Both the position numbers and the translations under genes were made by a program. A DNA stretch of 63,327 nt, the filler included, from Stramenopiles sp. TOSAG23-6 (taxonomy: Eukaryota), in the NCBI GenBank assembly GCA_900128565.1. It is 9 parts of 9 records of this genome, joined end to end, with 100 filler letters (N's around TTAATTAATTAA, not from the genome) between each part and the next. Parts side by side here need not be neighbours in the genome. Positions count along the whole stretch, not along the records: positions 1 to 8,634 come from LT636432.1; positions 8,735 to 17,365 come from LT636433.1; 7 more parts are not named here. One strand, given 5' to 3'. Below are positions 1 through 11,621 of this stretch, in pieces; position 1 is the first letter of the stretch, and every line of letters begins with the position of its first letter. The notes beneath the pieces were generated by a model. The model ran no database searches. It was not told the DNA's origin and saw nothing but the letters and a program-made list of their open reading frames with translations.

Positions 1-87
1 TTGTGAAAAAATAGTACAAGATTTTTGTTATTAGGTACAAAATTTCGTACGAAAAAAAATTAGGTAAAAAAAATAATGAAAACGTAC

Positions 88-783
88 ATTTACTAACGCT
101 TCTTTTTGAGCTAATGTTAGTTCATCCAACCGATTGTGATTTAAAATTACTTCAGGCTCTTGTACCATTGATACAGCCGCGGTCGGATTCCATTTCGCGT
201 GTTCTTTTCCCGTCCCTAGTTTAGCAACACAGATTAGATCTAGTTCTTGGCCCTGACGAATAGTTGCCAATTTGATGCCAATATCCTCTGCCTCGGATTC
301 TTCTTTAGAAGAGGCAAAATGAATCGGTTGAACTCTAGTCTTAATTAACTCTTCTCTTCCTGTTTGTTGATTGTATTCTGTCCATGGGCGAGGTATCAGG
401 TCCCTACTTGTAATATGAATACTCTGCCGTGGGTCACCTTTAGGCAGCTTGATCTTTAAGTCTATTATGACAGAACAATTCACACACCGATCTTCGCAAG
501 TACAATCACGCGCATAAAACATACCATTATTGATTCCATCCTGATGTCTCAAGGGAATAAATCCCAAACGATGAGCTAGAAACTCATCGTGCAATACAGT
601 ACTGTTTTTACGTACCTCTACCAGGTCAATCGCAAGTATAGGAGTCTCCGCAATCATAACACGGCGTAAGACGTTCGCTACACTTAAATCCGTTTCCGAG
701 AGGACAAATTTGATCATATCATCAGTTAACTCTAACACATCAATCTTTGGGAAGCGATGTTCAATTCCCTTATATTCCGTCAT
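88..783 (-). CDS. RPB3: RNA polymerase II subunit RPB3, exon 1 (3' part beyond window edge; family intron starts at 87)
   Basis: Motifs ANVLRRVMIAETPILAID, VLHDEFLAHRLGFIPL, C-x-C-xxx-C-xx-C Zn site, GTGKEHAKW. Confidence 0.93.
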
Positions 784-992
784 TGTGTTACTATAACGGC
801 TGTATGAATTTCCCTATAATAATTAATTACACTACACTGACACATGCATGATGATGCTCTTCATGCGCATGAATCGGAATCGAAAATTGACCGACTACTG
901 GATTTCGTGTTTTCAACGTTGAAACCGTTAAATGTACGAAAGGCTTTCTTGTGGTGGTGTTTTACATACTCTAGCTAGAAAAGGTAGGTACT

Positions 993-994
<2 letters not shown>

Positions 995-1035
<41 letters not shown>
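995..1035. repeat. (AG)n microsatellite between divergent genes
   Basis: About 20 AG units seen directly. Confidence 0.95.
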
Positions 1036-1038
<3 letters not shown>

Positions 1039-1115
1039 TAGTTTATATATTTCTTAAAAGGAAAGGTACATTCTGCCATACATTATGAAGATATATTATT
1101 ACTTTTACTTATAAA

Positions 1116-3977
1116 ATGCGCCACATTCCCCTTCCAGTATGGGAGAATCCTCCACCAACAAAAAAGCAATTACTATTGGCCGAGACGTTTGAAATTGTAC
1201 GAAAGCATGGGTCTACGACAGGACTAGACTTATTGGATGAGGCATATGGAGGAGGTTTATCTCCAATTTCTAAAAGCAATCAAAAGAAAAGGACACAACG
1301 NAAAAAGTCAAAATCATCGAAATTTAAGATGCCTGAAAATACGGGTGATATGTTTGCGCATACAGTTATAGGAGATACTGGAGAAACAGGGGGTAAAAAT
1401 CAAGTACTAGCTACGCCAAAGTTATTTTTGGAACAGCACAAAGGAGAAAGTCAACCAGCTAAACTCGATAACCTTATTTTTACTGGATTTACGGACCATG
1501 ACTTACGCAATAAAGCAGAGGCAGGTTTAGAGGATGTCAGTGCATTTTTAAATCTTCCTGGAGGTGGGATAGTACCTGCAGCAAAAGATGCCCTCCTCGC
1601 ATTGGCGGAACCACGTAAAAAAATGCTGTTAGATAAAATTAAATTCGAGAATAATAGAAATTGTGACTTTGTGAAACTACAACAAGACTTTTATCGTGTT
1701 AATCAAAACATCAAAAATATGGATAAAGACATTAAATTAATGGCAAAAGCACACAAATCTAGTGAAAAAAAGCGTGCAAGAAAGATTCGTCAAGAGGATC
1801 GATTTCTTGAAGTTAAATATGGTGTGACTTCTCCAACTCTTGACAAATATAGATTAAAGATGAAAAAACAAAGAAATAAAAAGGCAGAGGCAAAAACAAA
1901 ACGATTAAAAAAATTAGAAGCGATTGACAATGGAGAAAAAGAAGACAATAGTGCCAGTTTGGGAGGTACAAAAAAAGAGAAGCGAGAAAGAATGCAGCGT
2001 CAAAGAGAAGAACGAGAAAGAAAAGCAAGGTATCAAAGAAAACTTCGAAGGAAACAACGTCGTAATGAAAGTTACGCTACTAAATCATTTAGAAGTGCAG
2101 ATTCTTTATATAGCAAGCAAAAGAAACAAATCGCGACAGCAATAGCTTTGCGGAAAGAGAAAGATGACACGTTTAAGCGTAACGAAATACTCCGAAAGCA
2201 CGGTGGTGGTGGAGGGAGTAAACAGGATTTGTTGTCTTCACAAATGAGCAAAAACCAGTCAAGAATAGGAAGGACGATGGAACATTATTATATGTACCAC
2301 CGCAATTTGACGGATGCTGCAGTAACAATTCAGAGAAAATATAGAAAAGCTGCGCGAATAGCATATTGGAAAAGACATGCGTGGCAATCAAAGGCCGCGA
2401 AAACAATTCAGAGATTTGCAAGAGGAGGATTGACTAGAACTATGGTAGCTCGTTGGTGGGCGCGTCGCAATTACCTTGTCTGCAAGATGCAAGCTATAAT
2501 GCGAGGATACTTTGGTCGCGTGAAATATGATATTGTACGTAAAAGAGAGTATAACGCGGCAGTGACTATACAACGATGTACTAGAGGTTGGTTGGGAAGA
2601 TGTAATTGGGATTTAGCTCAAATGACAAAGGCATGTACCGATATACAACGCATATGGAGAGGCGGAAGTAGATTATGTGGCCGTGCTCTGGCGGATAAGT
2701 TGTGGTTAAATGGACATGTTTTAAAGATGCAACGCGTCGGTAGAAAATTTATACACGGTCGGGTAGGTGTGAAAAGAATTCATAAAGAAATGAATGATGC
2801 CGTGGTTGCAATTCAACGATGTTTTCGTGGTTGGATGGCAAATAATACAAGAAATCGTCTATTACGAAACAGATCAGTTTTACAGCGAGTACTCCAAGTA
2901 AATATTCTACGTTCTGAAGCTGTTTATGTCGACGATGTTGTTACTGAGCTAAAACGCGATCTCGAAAATGCGGAGCTTGGTGATCGATTAAAAAGTATAG
3001 AAAAAGAGGAGGCACATGGCCGCCGAGATTGTTATCAAATTGAATTTGATTATCAAGCGTTCATTCGTGAAAAACGGCGACTTTCGCCTAGAGCAATTGC
3101 ACAGGGATTTGTAAAAAATATTGACAAAAATATCGATACGTATAGAGAAAAAATTACAAAATCTAAACTAAAGATGCTTTTCGATATTGGTAGAGAATCC
3201 AGACGTTTACACGCACTCCAAAAGAAAGCTGATAAATTATTTCAAAAATATAAATTTGAACAAGAAATATATAGTAAATGGCGCGAGGAAGATATGGATG
3301 TGCATTGGCAAAACGTTGCAGTTTTTAAGAAACAAAATCGTGAGAAAAAGGCCCGAATGGCTATCTCAGAACAAAAACGCAAATGGTCAATTCGATTCTA
3401 CACAGAAAATGGAAAACCTGATAGAAAACGAAGATATGGAAGACCTTGGCATTCTTCAGTATATGCAGATCCCAACAAATTGCGATATACAATGACAGGG
3501 GAGTTCTGGACAGATTTTTCATCATATGAAAATCTGATTAAACTCCAAAATACACTTAATGCATACCAATATTACGGTGCATCAATGAAACCATTAATGG
3601 ATGAATGGAATGGATTTGAGAAAAGTTTGGCTGTAGCTGGTACAGAAGCTGACAAAGAAAGGATAGAAAAGGAGAGAAGATTACGAAGAAAAGAACTCAT
3701 AGAGGAATTAAGACAAAAAGAAATCGAAAAAGAAATGCGAGAAGATGAAAAAGAGAAAAAAGCTGCTGAAGAGAGACAGAAACGTCGCGAGGAAAGACAA
3801 CTCACAAGATCGCAAATTGCAGAGGAAGCAAAGAAATTATACAAACCTAGGAGCCAGGTATGGAATTTATTGGATGATTTGGACATGGGGAAAAATGACT
3901 TACAAACTGAAATGAGAATCGAACGTGAGGAAGAAATTAGAAAATCCTTTAAGAAAAAATCTAAAGAAGAAGAATAA
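1116..3977 (+). CDS. IQ-motif (calmodulin-binding) coiled-coil protein, intronless
   Basis: 953-aa ORF with repeated IQxxxRG motifs (TIQRFARG, KMQAIMRG, TIQRCTRG, DIQRIWRG, AIQRCFRG). Confidence 0.8.
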   Translation: MRHIPLPVWENPPPTKKQLLLAETFEIVRKHGSTTGLDLLDEAYGGGLSPISKSNQKKRTQXKKSKSSKFKMPENTGDMFAHTVIGDTGETGGKNQVLATPKLFLEQHKGESQPAKLDNLIFTGFTDHDLRNKAEAGLEDVSAFLNLPGGGIVPAAKDALLALAEPRKKMLLDKIKFENNRNCDFVKLQQDFYRVNQNIKNMDKDIKLMAKAHKSSEKKRARKIRQEDRFLEVKYGVTSPTLDKYRLKMKKQRNKKAEAKTKRLKKLEAIDNGEKEDNSASLGGTKKEKRERMQRQREERERKARYQRKLRRKQRRNESYATKSFRSADSLYSKQKKQIATAIALRKEKDDTFKRNEILRKHGGGGGSKQDLLSSQMSKNQSRIGRTMEHYYMYHRNLTDAAVTIQRKYRKAARIAYWKRHAWQSKAAKTIQRFARGGLTRTMVARWWARRNYLVCKMQAIMRGYFGRVKYDIVRKREYNAAVTIQRCTRGWLGRCNWDLAQMTKACTDIQRIWRGGSRLCGRALADKLWLNGHVLKMQRVGRKFIHGRVGVKRIHKEMNDAVVAIQRCFRGWMANNTRNRLLRNRSVLQRVLQVNILRSEAVYVDDVVTELKRDLENAELGDRLKSIEKEEAHGRRDCYQIEFDYQAFIREKRRLSPRAIAQGFVKNIDKNIDTYREKITKSKLKMLFDIGRESRRLHALQKKADKLFQKYKFEQEIYSKWREEDMDVHWQNVAVFKKQNREKKARMAISEQKRKWSIRFYTENGKPDRKRRYGRPWHSSVYADPNKLRYTMTGEFWTDFSSYENLIKLQNTLNAYQYYGASMKPLMDEWNGFEKSLAVAGTEADKERIEKERRLRRKELIEELRQKEIEKEMREDEKEKKAAEERQKRREERQLTRSQIAEEAKKLYKPRSQVWNLLDDLDMGKNDLQTEMRIEREEEIRKSFKKKSKEEE

Positions 3978-4063
3978 TGTTTATTACTGTGTTTAAAGAA
4001 TACGAAACAAATTTTAAATTTGATTAATTACATTTTATAAATGAAGAATAATTATATATCATT

Positions 4064-6342
4064 TTACTCTTCCATTTGTAAAGATAAAGTTCCCATAAAA
4101 TTAAGCCAAATCAATTTACACAAATCAGGGCTCCATTTCCCTTTTTCACCAACGACTTCCTCAAACTCAGACGATACATGTATTTTGGAAAAATATTTCA
4201 AAAAAACAATTCGTTAGGTACAAAATTTCGTACGAAAAAAACATTCGATTTTTTTNTGAAAAAAAAANTAAANCATACATCATTCCAAGGTATAAGATCG
4301 ACAATGTTACCTTTGTGTGGAACACCAATACAAGCACCAGAAGTTTTTGATATCATATTATTATGTTTCATTCGACCTCTCGCAACTGCAAGGTCACACA
4401 GCCCAGATAATTTCAAGATTCCATATTTTCGCATCAAGTTTGTAGCAACATCATCATTTTCTTCATTTTCTTCATCATCGACCAAATTTTCCTGGGCTTC
4501 ATCAACAGTAGAATGATCTTTTTCCCATTTTTCCTGATTCTCATCTTTTCCAAAATTGCCCCAAATAACCTTTTTGCTTTCATTACTATTTTTCAATGCT
4601 TCATTATTTCGATTTTTGCGACACCAGTTATACCATTTACGTTTGCGACGTTCCAACCACACGGTAATATTATGTCGTATTTTTTTTGGTTTTTTTTGTT
4701 TACTATTATTCGGATTATTACGCAATTTATCTACAGCAGATTTAAGCTTATCAGCTCTACTCGACCAAACCCTAGCATCTTTGGGAATTTCAATTTTCCT
4801 CTTTTTTCTATTTTCAAGGCATACATCTAAAGTTTTGCGAGCATCATCAGCAACTGACGAAGCAATACACGACGCAATACTTGAACCTTGAGCTACATTA
4901 CAACTATTGTTTTGACTATTTGAATCTGAACCTAAGTAACATTCAATTCGTAGAAGTGCCTCAGCAGCAGTCATGGCGACACATTTATCTACGTTTTGAC
5001 TTTTTTTTTGAATCTTTTTTTTGCTTCTTTGCTCTGCAGCCTTTTTAGCTTTACGTTCCCTTGACAGTCGATCTTTTTGTGATTTCATGACTGCTTTAAG
5101 GATGTCTTCTTGCTGGCGTAGTTGTTCCATCTGTAGCGTTTCAAAATGTGTCAAAGTTTCCAACCAATCAACACTTCCCTTTTTATCAAACAAATTTTGG
5201 TATTGTTCTGTTAGGAAGGCATTTTTCATATCGTGACGGTTAGCATGTTGCTTTAATGCACTTATATATTTTGTTTGTAATTGAGCAAGTTTTTTTTTAT
5301 CTTCATCTGTTCTACCAACGCCATCACTAGCAATGGCATACGCGTTGACTTTATAAACAGCTTCTAATTCTTCAGACATTTTTGTGTTATACGTTTGTAA
5401 AACTTTCTGGGTGTGTAATTTTAGTTTCCAAACAGCATGTATTTTGGAAAAATATTTGAAAAAAAAAAAACTTAAATTTGTTAGGTACGAAATTTCGTAC
5501 GAAAAAAAAATTCGAATTTGAAAAAAAATAAAACATACATCCTCTTTACCTCTAACTTCTTTAAGTCGGGTTTCGGTTTGTTTCATTTGAATTTGAAGGA
5601 TATCGTTTTGTCCATGTTTTTCATGAATGAGTTGTTGAGCAGATTGACCGGTTTTATCATTTTTTAGCCCTGTTAACTCTCTTTGGATAATGTGTTGTTG
5701 TTGGACTAGTTGCTGTTGTAGGATAAATTGTTGTTGTTGAAGCAGTTGTTGTTGTTGGACAAGTTGTTGTTTTTGAAGTAGTTTTTGATCTTGTTCGTGT
5801 TTTTCACGAATCTGCTGTTGAGCAGAACTAAGAACAGAACTATTATTCTTTTGCTCTAGTTGGACCTGTTGCTGTCTTTCAAGAAGTTGTTTTTGTTGTT
5901 GTTGAAGCATTTGTTGTTGTTGGAGGAGTTGTTGTTGAAGGAGTTGTCGCTGCTCAGCAAGGTGACGTTGTTTGACGAGGTTTTGAAACTCGACAAGTTG
6001 TTGTTGCTGTGTGAGTTGTTGTTGTTGCTGTTGGGCAAGTTGTTGTTGTTGGGTGAGTTGTTGTTGTTGGGTGAGTTGATGTTCCGGCGACTGTGCATTC
6101 GTATTAGAATTTGTAGATTCAACTATACTCGTAGACTCTGGTGACTGTTGCTGTTTGTTTTGCTTCATCAGTAGCGCTTGTTGTCCCTGCTGTGTATTAA
6201 TTGATTGTTGCTGTGGGTGAGAAGAATTGCTTTCACTTACAACTCGGGACCCCATTGTAAGAGCAGGAACAGTCTCATCCTTTCCTCCCTCCTTTCCAGG
6301 GTTGAGCTCTCCCAAGGTTTGATCACTTTTTTCTCCAGTCAT
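4064..6342 (-). CDS. Glutamine-rich coiled-coil protein of unknown function; introns 5437-5538 and 4178-4278 (both GT-AT)
   Basis: Poly-Q ORF; removing the two family introns gives KED|AVWKLK and PWND|VSSEFEE...MEE*; start codon choice is tentative. Confidence 0.7.
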
Positions 6343-6810
6343 TTTATAATGATATGTAACGCTGAATAAATAAATGTAGCCAAAAGTACACAAATCAATA
6401 AAGATAATCAGGACCAATACGCAATCGTTTGTTTTTTTTAGAATAGTGCTATAATATAGTAATGTTTTCACTGTAAAATTCACAAATAATTCTTTGATGA
6501 TGTCGTCGACGGCGACTGAGTCGGACTGACACGTCATCGATGAATTTTGATGACGCGCAGAAGAGGAAGCATGTTTGTCACAGTTTTTTTCGTGCCAACA
6601 AGCGTTTTTTTGTAGTGAATTTTGTACGTAAGAAAAAAGCCCTAACCCTCGCTTATTATTTTTTCTGTACGATACAATTATTGACCGACCACGCGAACGA
6701 ATAGTGAATAGCGTACCGCGAGATCGATGATAACCTTGTGCGCAAATTCATTTCGTTTGGATCTCTAAAAAAGGCAAAGACTAGGCTATATAGAATATAG
6801 AGAAACTACA

Positions 6811-7662
6811 ATGGACTTTGCAAGTTCGAACATGCTTATTGCATTGTTTACTTTCATAGCGTTGATTCTGGCATATTTCTTCTTTGGCAGTGGTGGTAGT
6901 AAGACGGAAGATTCTTCTAAGTCAAGACTTCAGGTTGCCGAGGAACGCGAACAGTTGCTCTCAAGAAGGTCAGCTATCGGTGTCAAAGAGAATGACGATG
7001 TTGCTACGGAATCGCAAAACAAAGATAACATGGTGGAAGCAGAAAAGTGTGCCAACAGTGAAGTGAATTCTGGTTTGATTTCCAAGGTTGTTTACAATGA
7101 ACCTTTTACAGTTTCCCCCGACACCGTCACCTTTAACTGTACCACTGACCGTATTCCAGGTACAAGTAGTGTAAAGCAATATGTTGAAGTAAAGAACAAC
7201 ACCCCAGAAAGGGCTGTATTTAAAGTTCGTACCAATAATCCAAAAAGGTATCTCGTAAAACCTTCTATCACTTTTGTAGGTAAGAACAGTTCAGCGAGAA
7301 TAGAAATCACTCTACGTGACAAGGAAATTGACCCGATTGTGAAGGATATGAATAACAAAAATGTAACCGAGATGAGTGTTAATGATAAATTTCTTCTACA
7401 ATGGATGACATTGGACGAAAAGTTTTACTACAATGACGCTTTTTTTGACCTAATAAAGGAAGCCACTTGGATCCAGAAAGCTCAGCGTTTGATTAAAGCT
7501 GTGTACGTTTTCATCATGAATTTCGATTTTTTTTTTATACGAAATTTTGTACCTAACGAAAAAAATCAAATTTTTGAAATATTTTTTCAGCAATACATAC
7601 CACGGGATGAACAGAAGCAAACCTTCAAGTTTAGTAAACTTCGAGTTAGATTTACAATTTAA
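6811..7662 (+). CDS. VAP-like MSP (major sperm protein) domain protein with N-terminal TM anchor; intron 7503-7598
   Basis: AVFKVRTNNPKRYLVKP, DKFLLQ and C-terminal KLRVRF MSP motifs. Confidence 0.85.
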   Translation: MDFASSNMLIALFTFIALILAYFFFGSGGSKTEDSSKSRLQVAEEREQLLSRRSAIGVKENDDVATESQNKDNMVEAEKCANSEVNSGLISKVVYNEPFTVSPDTVTFNCTTDRIPGTSSVKQYVEVKNNTPERAVFKVRTNNPKRYLVKPSITFVGKNSSARIEITLRDKEIDPIVKDMNNKNVTEMSVNDKFLLQWMTLDEKFYYNDAFFDLIKEATWIQKAQRLIKAVYVFIMNFDFFFIRNFVPNEKNQIFEIFFQQYIPRDEQKQTFKFSKLRVRFTI

Positions 7663-7778
7663 GAATGTGTGCGTATGGGTGGAAGTTCTTTTTTCATCCT
7701 ACTCGAAGATTCCGTCTTGTTTAATAAAATTCCAAAAAAAATAAACAAAAATTAGCATTGTAAGATTGAAATTTATAA

Positions 7779-8567
7779 TTAAAATTTATTATTCTTTTCT
7801 ATATACTCATTTGAGCATAATAGTTCCGAAAACCAAGTAGATAGTGCAGAAATAGTCATTAATGATTCTTCACCGGTTAATCGATTTCGTACTTCTACAC
7901 AACCATTCACCATTCCCTGAGATTGTATATCACGACCAACTACAACTACAACAGGATATCCAACTAATTCGGATTCAACAAGTTTTTGACCAAGTGACTC
8001 TTTCCATCTGTCATCTAGTACTACAGTACCATTGGTCAAAGTGCTATTTTTAATTGTATTAGTCCTATTCATAGTATTAAAATTTCGATGACAAAACTGC
8101 TTTTCTTGTATCTCAGTCAATTGTGTGGCAATGTGTTTGGCCTCATTTTTGAGATGTTTACTTGCCGAGACTACCAACGCAGAGTGAGGCGCAATTTCTA
8201 ATGGCCATACAATCCCTTCTTTTGTTCTTGTTTTTGTATAATTTGATGATGGAATACTTTCAATCAAAGCAGCAATAATTCTAGTTACACCTATACCATA
8301 ACAACCCATGAATCACGAATAAATATTTCAAAAATTTGTTTTTTTTGTTAGGTACAAAATCTTCAAAGAAAAAAAAATTAAAAAATAAATACATTCGAAA
8401 TTGAAATAACTAATGAAAACGAACATCTCCAGAGGCATTTTCTTACCATTTTTATCAGCAAAATTTGCACCAAGCAACTTTGAATACTTATTACCTAAAT
8501 AAAAAATTTGACCAACTTCGATACCTTTGGACTCTTCTAATTGTCCTGTTTCACATACAGGACAACC
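7779..8567 (-). CDS. proS: Prolyl-tRNA synthetase (bacterial/organellar type), C-terminal part; intron 8308-8424
   Basis: GIEVGQIFYLGNKYS, spliced PLE-MGCYGIGVTR (motif 3), WPLEIAP, anticodon-binding domain LDDR...G.K...ELVGYP. Confidence 0.9.
8308..8424 (-). mobile_element. Family intron, GT...AT (GTTCGT...GATTCAT)
   Basis: Removal of exactly 117 nt yields conserved PLEMGCYGIG; no AG at the junction. Confidence 0.85.
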
Positions 8568-8634
8568 ATGTATTTTGTGAAAATATTTCAAAAAAAAAAC
8601 TTAAATTTGTTAGGTACAAAATTTCGTACGAAAA

Positions 8635-8734
8635 NNNNNNNNNNNNNNNNNNNNNNNNNNNNNNNNNNNNNNNNNNNNTTAATTAATTAANNNNNNNNNN
8701 NNNNNNNNNNNNNNNNNNNNNNNNNNNNNNNNNN
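8635..8734. other. Artificial contig linker (N-run/TTAATTAATTAA/N-run); also at ~17366-17465, 26095-26194, 34815-34914, 43533-43632, 52238-52337, 60931-61030, 62130-62229
   Basis: Identical stop-in-all-frames spacer flanked by Ns. Confidence 0.97.
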
Positions 8735-8777
8735 TTTTTTTTTTTTTTTAAAATTTTTTAAAAAAAATTTTTTTTTT

Positions 8778-8814
<37 letters not shown>

Positions 8815-8904
8815 ACATATTTTGTATTCATATTTGTTACTTTTACTTACAAATTATACATTTTCGTATATTTTTCACTTTATTTACTGTTTGTAAATGC
8901 CTAG

Positions 8905-9682
8905 GTAAATGCGCTTTTAACTCATATGAGGCTTTAGACCTGAATAGTCAATGCTTATATGAACAAAATTCAGATCAAATCGCATCACTTTTTCCTGATT
9001 TAGCAGCAGATGTACATTTTAATTTTATGAATTTCAATTTTTTTTTTTGGTTTTCGTACGAAATTTCGTACCTAACAAAAAAACAATATTTTTTTTTTTT
9101 TTTTTTTTTTTTTAGAGTATGTATATATATTTCTATATATTATTTCATCCCATCTATTTCAATTTGAATTTTTTTTCATACAACAAATTATATATCTAAC
9201 AAATATCAATTATGAAATATGTTTCATAATTTATTTAAGCTCAAAAGAAGAATTAGACAAATGTATGTTTTTTTTTTTTTTTGTATGAATTTTTTTTCGT
9301 ACGAAATTTTGTACCTAACGATTTTTTTTAGTTTTTTTTTGAAATATTTTTCTACAATACATTTGCATTAGGTGCCGAAGGATCTACAATCAATGTACAT
9401 TTTTAATCATTACAAAATTTTAAATTTTCATACGAAATTTTGTACCTAACAAAAAAATTTAAAAAAAATATTTTCAAACAAGAAATGAAAATTTTAAATT
9501 TTCATACGAAATTTTGTACCTAACAAAAAAATTAAAAAAAATATTTTCAAACAAGAAATGAAAATACAACTCCTGAGACACGAAATGTGTATGACGTCAC
9601 TAGCTATATAGGAGCACGTGCCGATACTAATGGACTTTTAGCAGCAGATCAAGGGTTAGGGTTATTAGGACCATTTGGTTAA
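8905..9682 (+). CDS. 3' fragment of a hypothetical gene with several small exons
   Basis: Short open exons (KCAFNSYEAL..., SKEELDK, FALGAEGSTIN, ...QGLGLLGPFG*) separated by family introns; not all junctions resolved. Confidence 0.45.
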
Positions 9683-9887
9683 TAACGTCGAATTATGATG
9701 ATATTAAGTACAAAAAAGTGTACCAAGAAATATAATATTTTGACACGAAATATTAAATGTAAAAAAAAAAATTCAAGAAAAAAAAAAAGAAAAATAGATT
9801 TATTAAAAATAATCAAATTTTCAAGTGATTAAAAATAATCAATTTTTCAGTATATCATCGTATATGTACATTTTTTTGTGATTGATT

Positions 9888-10899
9888 TTATCTACCATAT
9901 TTTGCAATCACATCACCATCATTTCCATAAATAATAGTACTCCATGNTGTCGCTTTTACTCTTACTACATATTTACCTTGTAATGCTTCATCTTCAACAA
10001 GTTTAGGTTTGTTTTGATTTTGTTGATCACCATGACCAAGTTGACCATATCTTCCAAATCCCCAAGTGTGTACATCACCATTTTCAAGTAATGCAATAGT
10101 GTGAAAACGACCAGCTGATATTTGCTTTACTTTTCCAAGTAAAATTGGAACAAGTTTAGGTTTGTTTTGATTTTCTTCATCACCATGACCAAGTTGACCA
10201 AAATTTCCATATCCCCATGTGTATACATCACCATTATCCAATAATGTAACATTGTGAAAATTACCAGTTGATATTTGCTTTACTTTTTTACCTTGTATTG
10301 CTTGAACAAGTTTAGGTTTGTTTTGATTATTTTCATCACCATGACCAAGTGTACCATATTCTTCATGTCCCCATGTGTATACATCACCATTTTCAAGTAA
10401 TACAACAGTGTAATAATTACCAGTTGATATTTGCTTTACTTTTTTACCTTGTAATTCTTGAACAAGCTTAGGTTTGTTTTGATTATTTTCATCACCATGA
10501 CCAAGTTGACATAAACGTCCATTTCCCCATGTGTGTACATCACCATTTTCAAGTAATGCAACAGTGTGACCACCACCAGCTGATATTTCTGTTACTTTAC
10601 CTTTGAAATATAATGCTTCAACAAGTTTAGGTATGACTTGATCATTTTCATCACCATGACCAAGTTGACCATTAGGTCCATATCCCCATGTGTATACATC
10701 ACCATTATCCGATAATGCAACATTGTGATTACCACCAGCATATATTTGCTTTACTTTTTTACCTTGTATTGCTTGAACAAGTTTAGGTTTGAGTGGTTCA
10801 TTAAAATAACCATGAAGAATTTTACCATCTACGATTTTACCCCATGTGTATACAGTATCATTTATCCAAACAAAGAATGCGTCGCCCATACAAGATAAT
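9888..10899 (-). CDS. RCC1-repeat (beta-propeller) protein; upstream introns at 10900-10999 and 11104-11199, true start uncertain
   Basis: Five to six repeats of ISxGxxHTVALLENGDVxTWGxGxxGQLGHGD. Confidence 0.88.
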
Positions 10900-11621
10900 A
10901 TGTATTTTGGAAAAATATTTAAAAAAAAAAAAAAATGTTAGGTACAAAATTTACCATAAAAAATAAAATCATACAAAAAAAAATATAAATAAAACATACA
11001 CACCAAGATTAGATATATAATTTCCTTGTTGAATACGATTTAATGTTCTGCGCACTGATATTTTCTTCTGTTTTATGCGTTCATACCAATGTTTAGGCGA
11101 TTCATGTATTTTGGAAAAATATTTCAAAAAAAAAAATAAAATTCGTTAGGTACAACATTTCGTACGAAAAAAAATTAATACAAAAAAAAAAAAACATACA
11201 TTCTCTTCTTTTTCAGGTACTTGTATCTCATCAATATGTAATGTCAGTGAATTAATCAACCTAACAACAGGTATAATATGATTATGTAGTATATTTCGAG
11301 CTCGTTCATCTGAGATTCTGAATTCCTTGGTCAGCTGATATGATGTCTCTCAAAACAGTTTCGTTCCAATTATTTATTGACAGTTTCAAAAAAAGAAAAA
11401 AAAAAATATTGTGTGGCCAATCAAAATCTCTCGATCATATACTCAAGTTTTTATCGTGTATTCATTCAAGTCCTACACAGAAATCCAATTAAAACCCCAC
11501 ATTTTTTTACTTTATTCTCATTGTATACATTATTTGTTTTCTGTGAAATAGATACAGTATATCTCTTTCATACTAGTGTATGATGTACTAACATTTTGTT
11601 GTACTACTATATACAAAAAGT

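Noticed and set aside
31-87. Shared peptides FFRTKFCT, YEILYLT, RNFVPN, KYFSKIH as a conserved protein motif
   Set aside because: They are translations of the intron core in three frames
8635-8734. Recurrent TTAATTAATTAA palindrome about every 8.7 kb
   Set aside because: Embedded in N-runs; an artificial concatenation linker, so gene adjacency across it is meaningless
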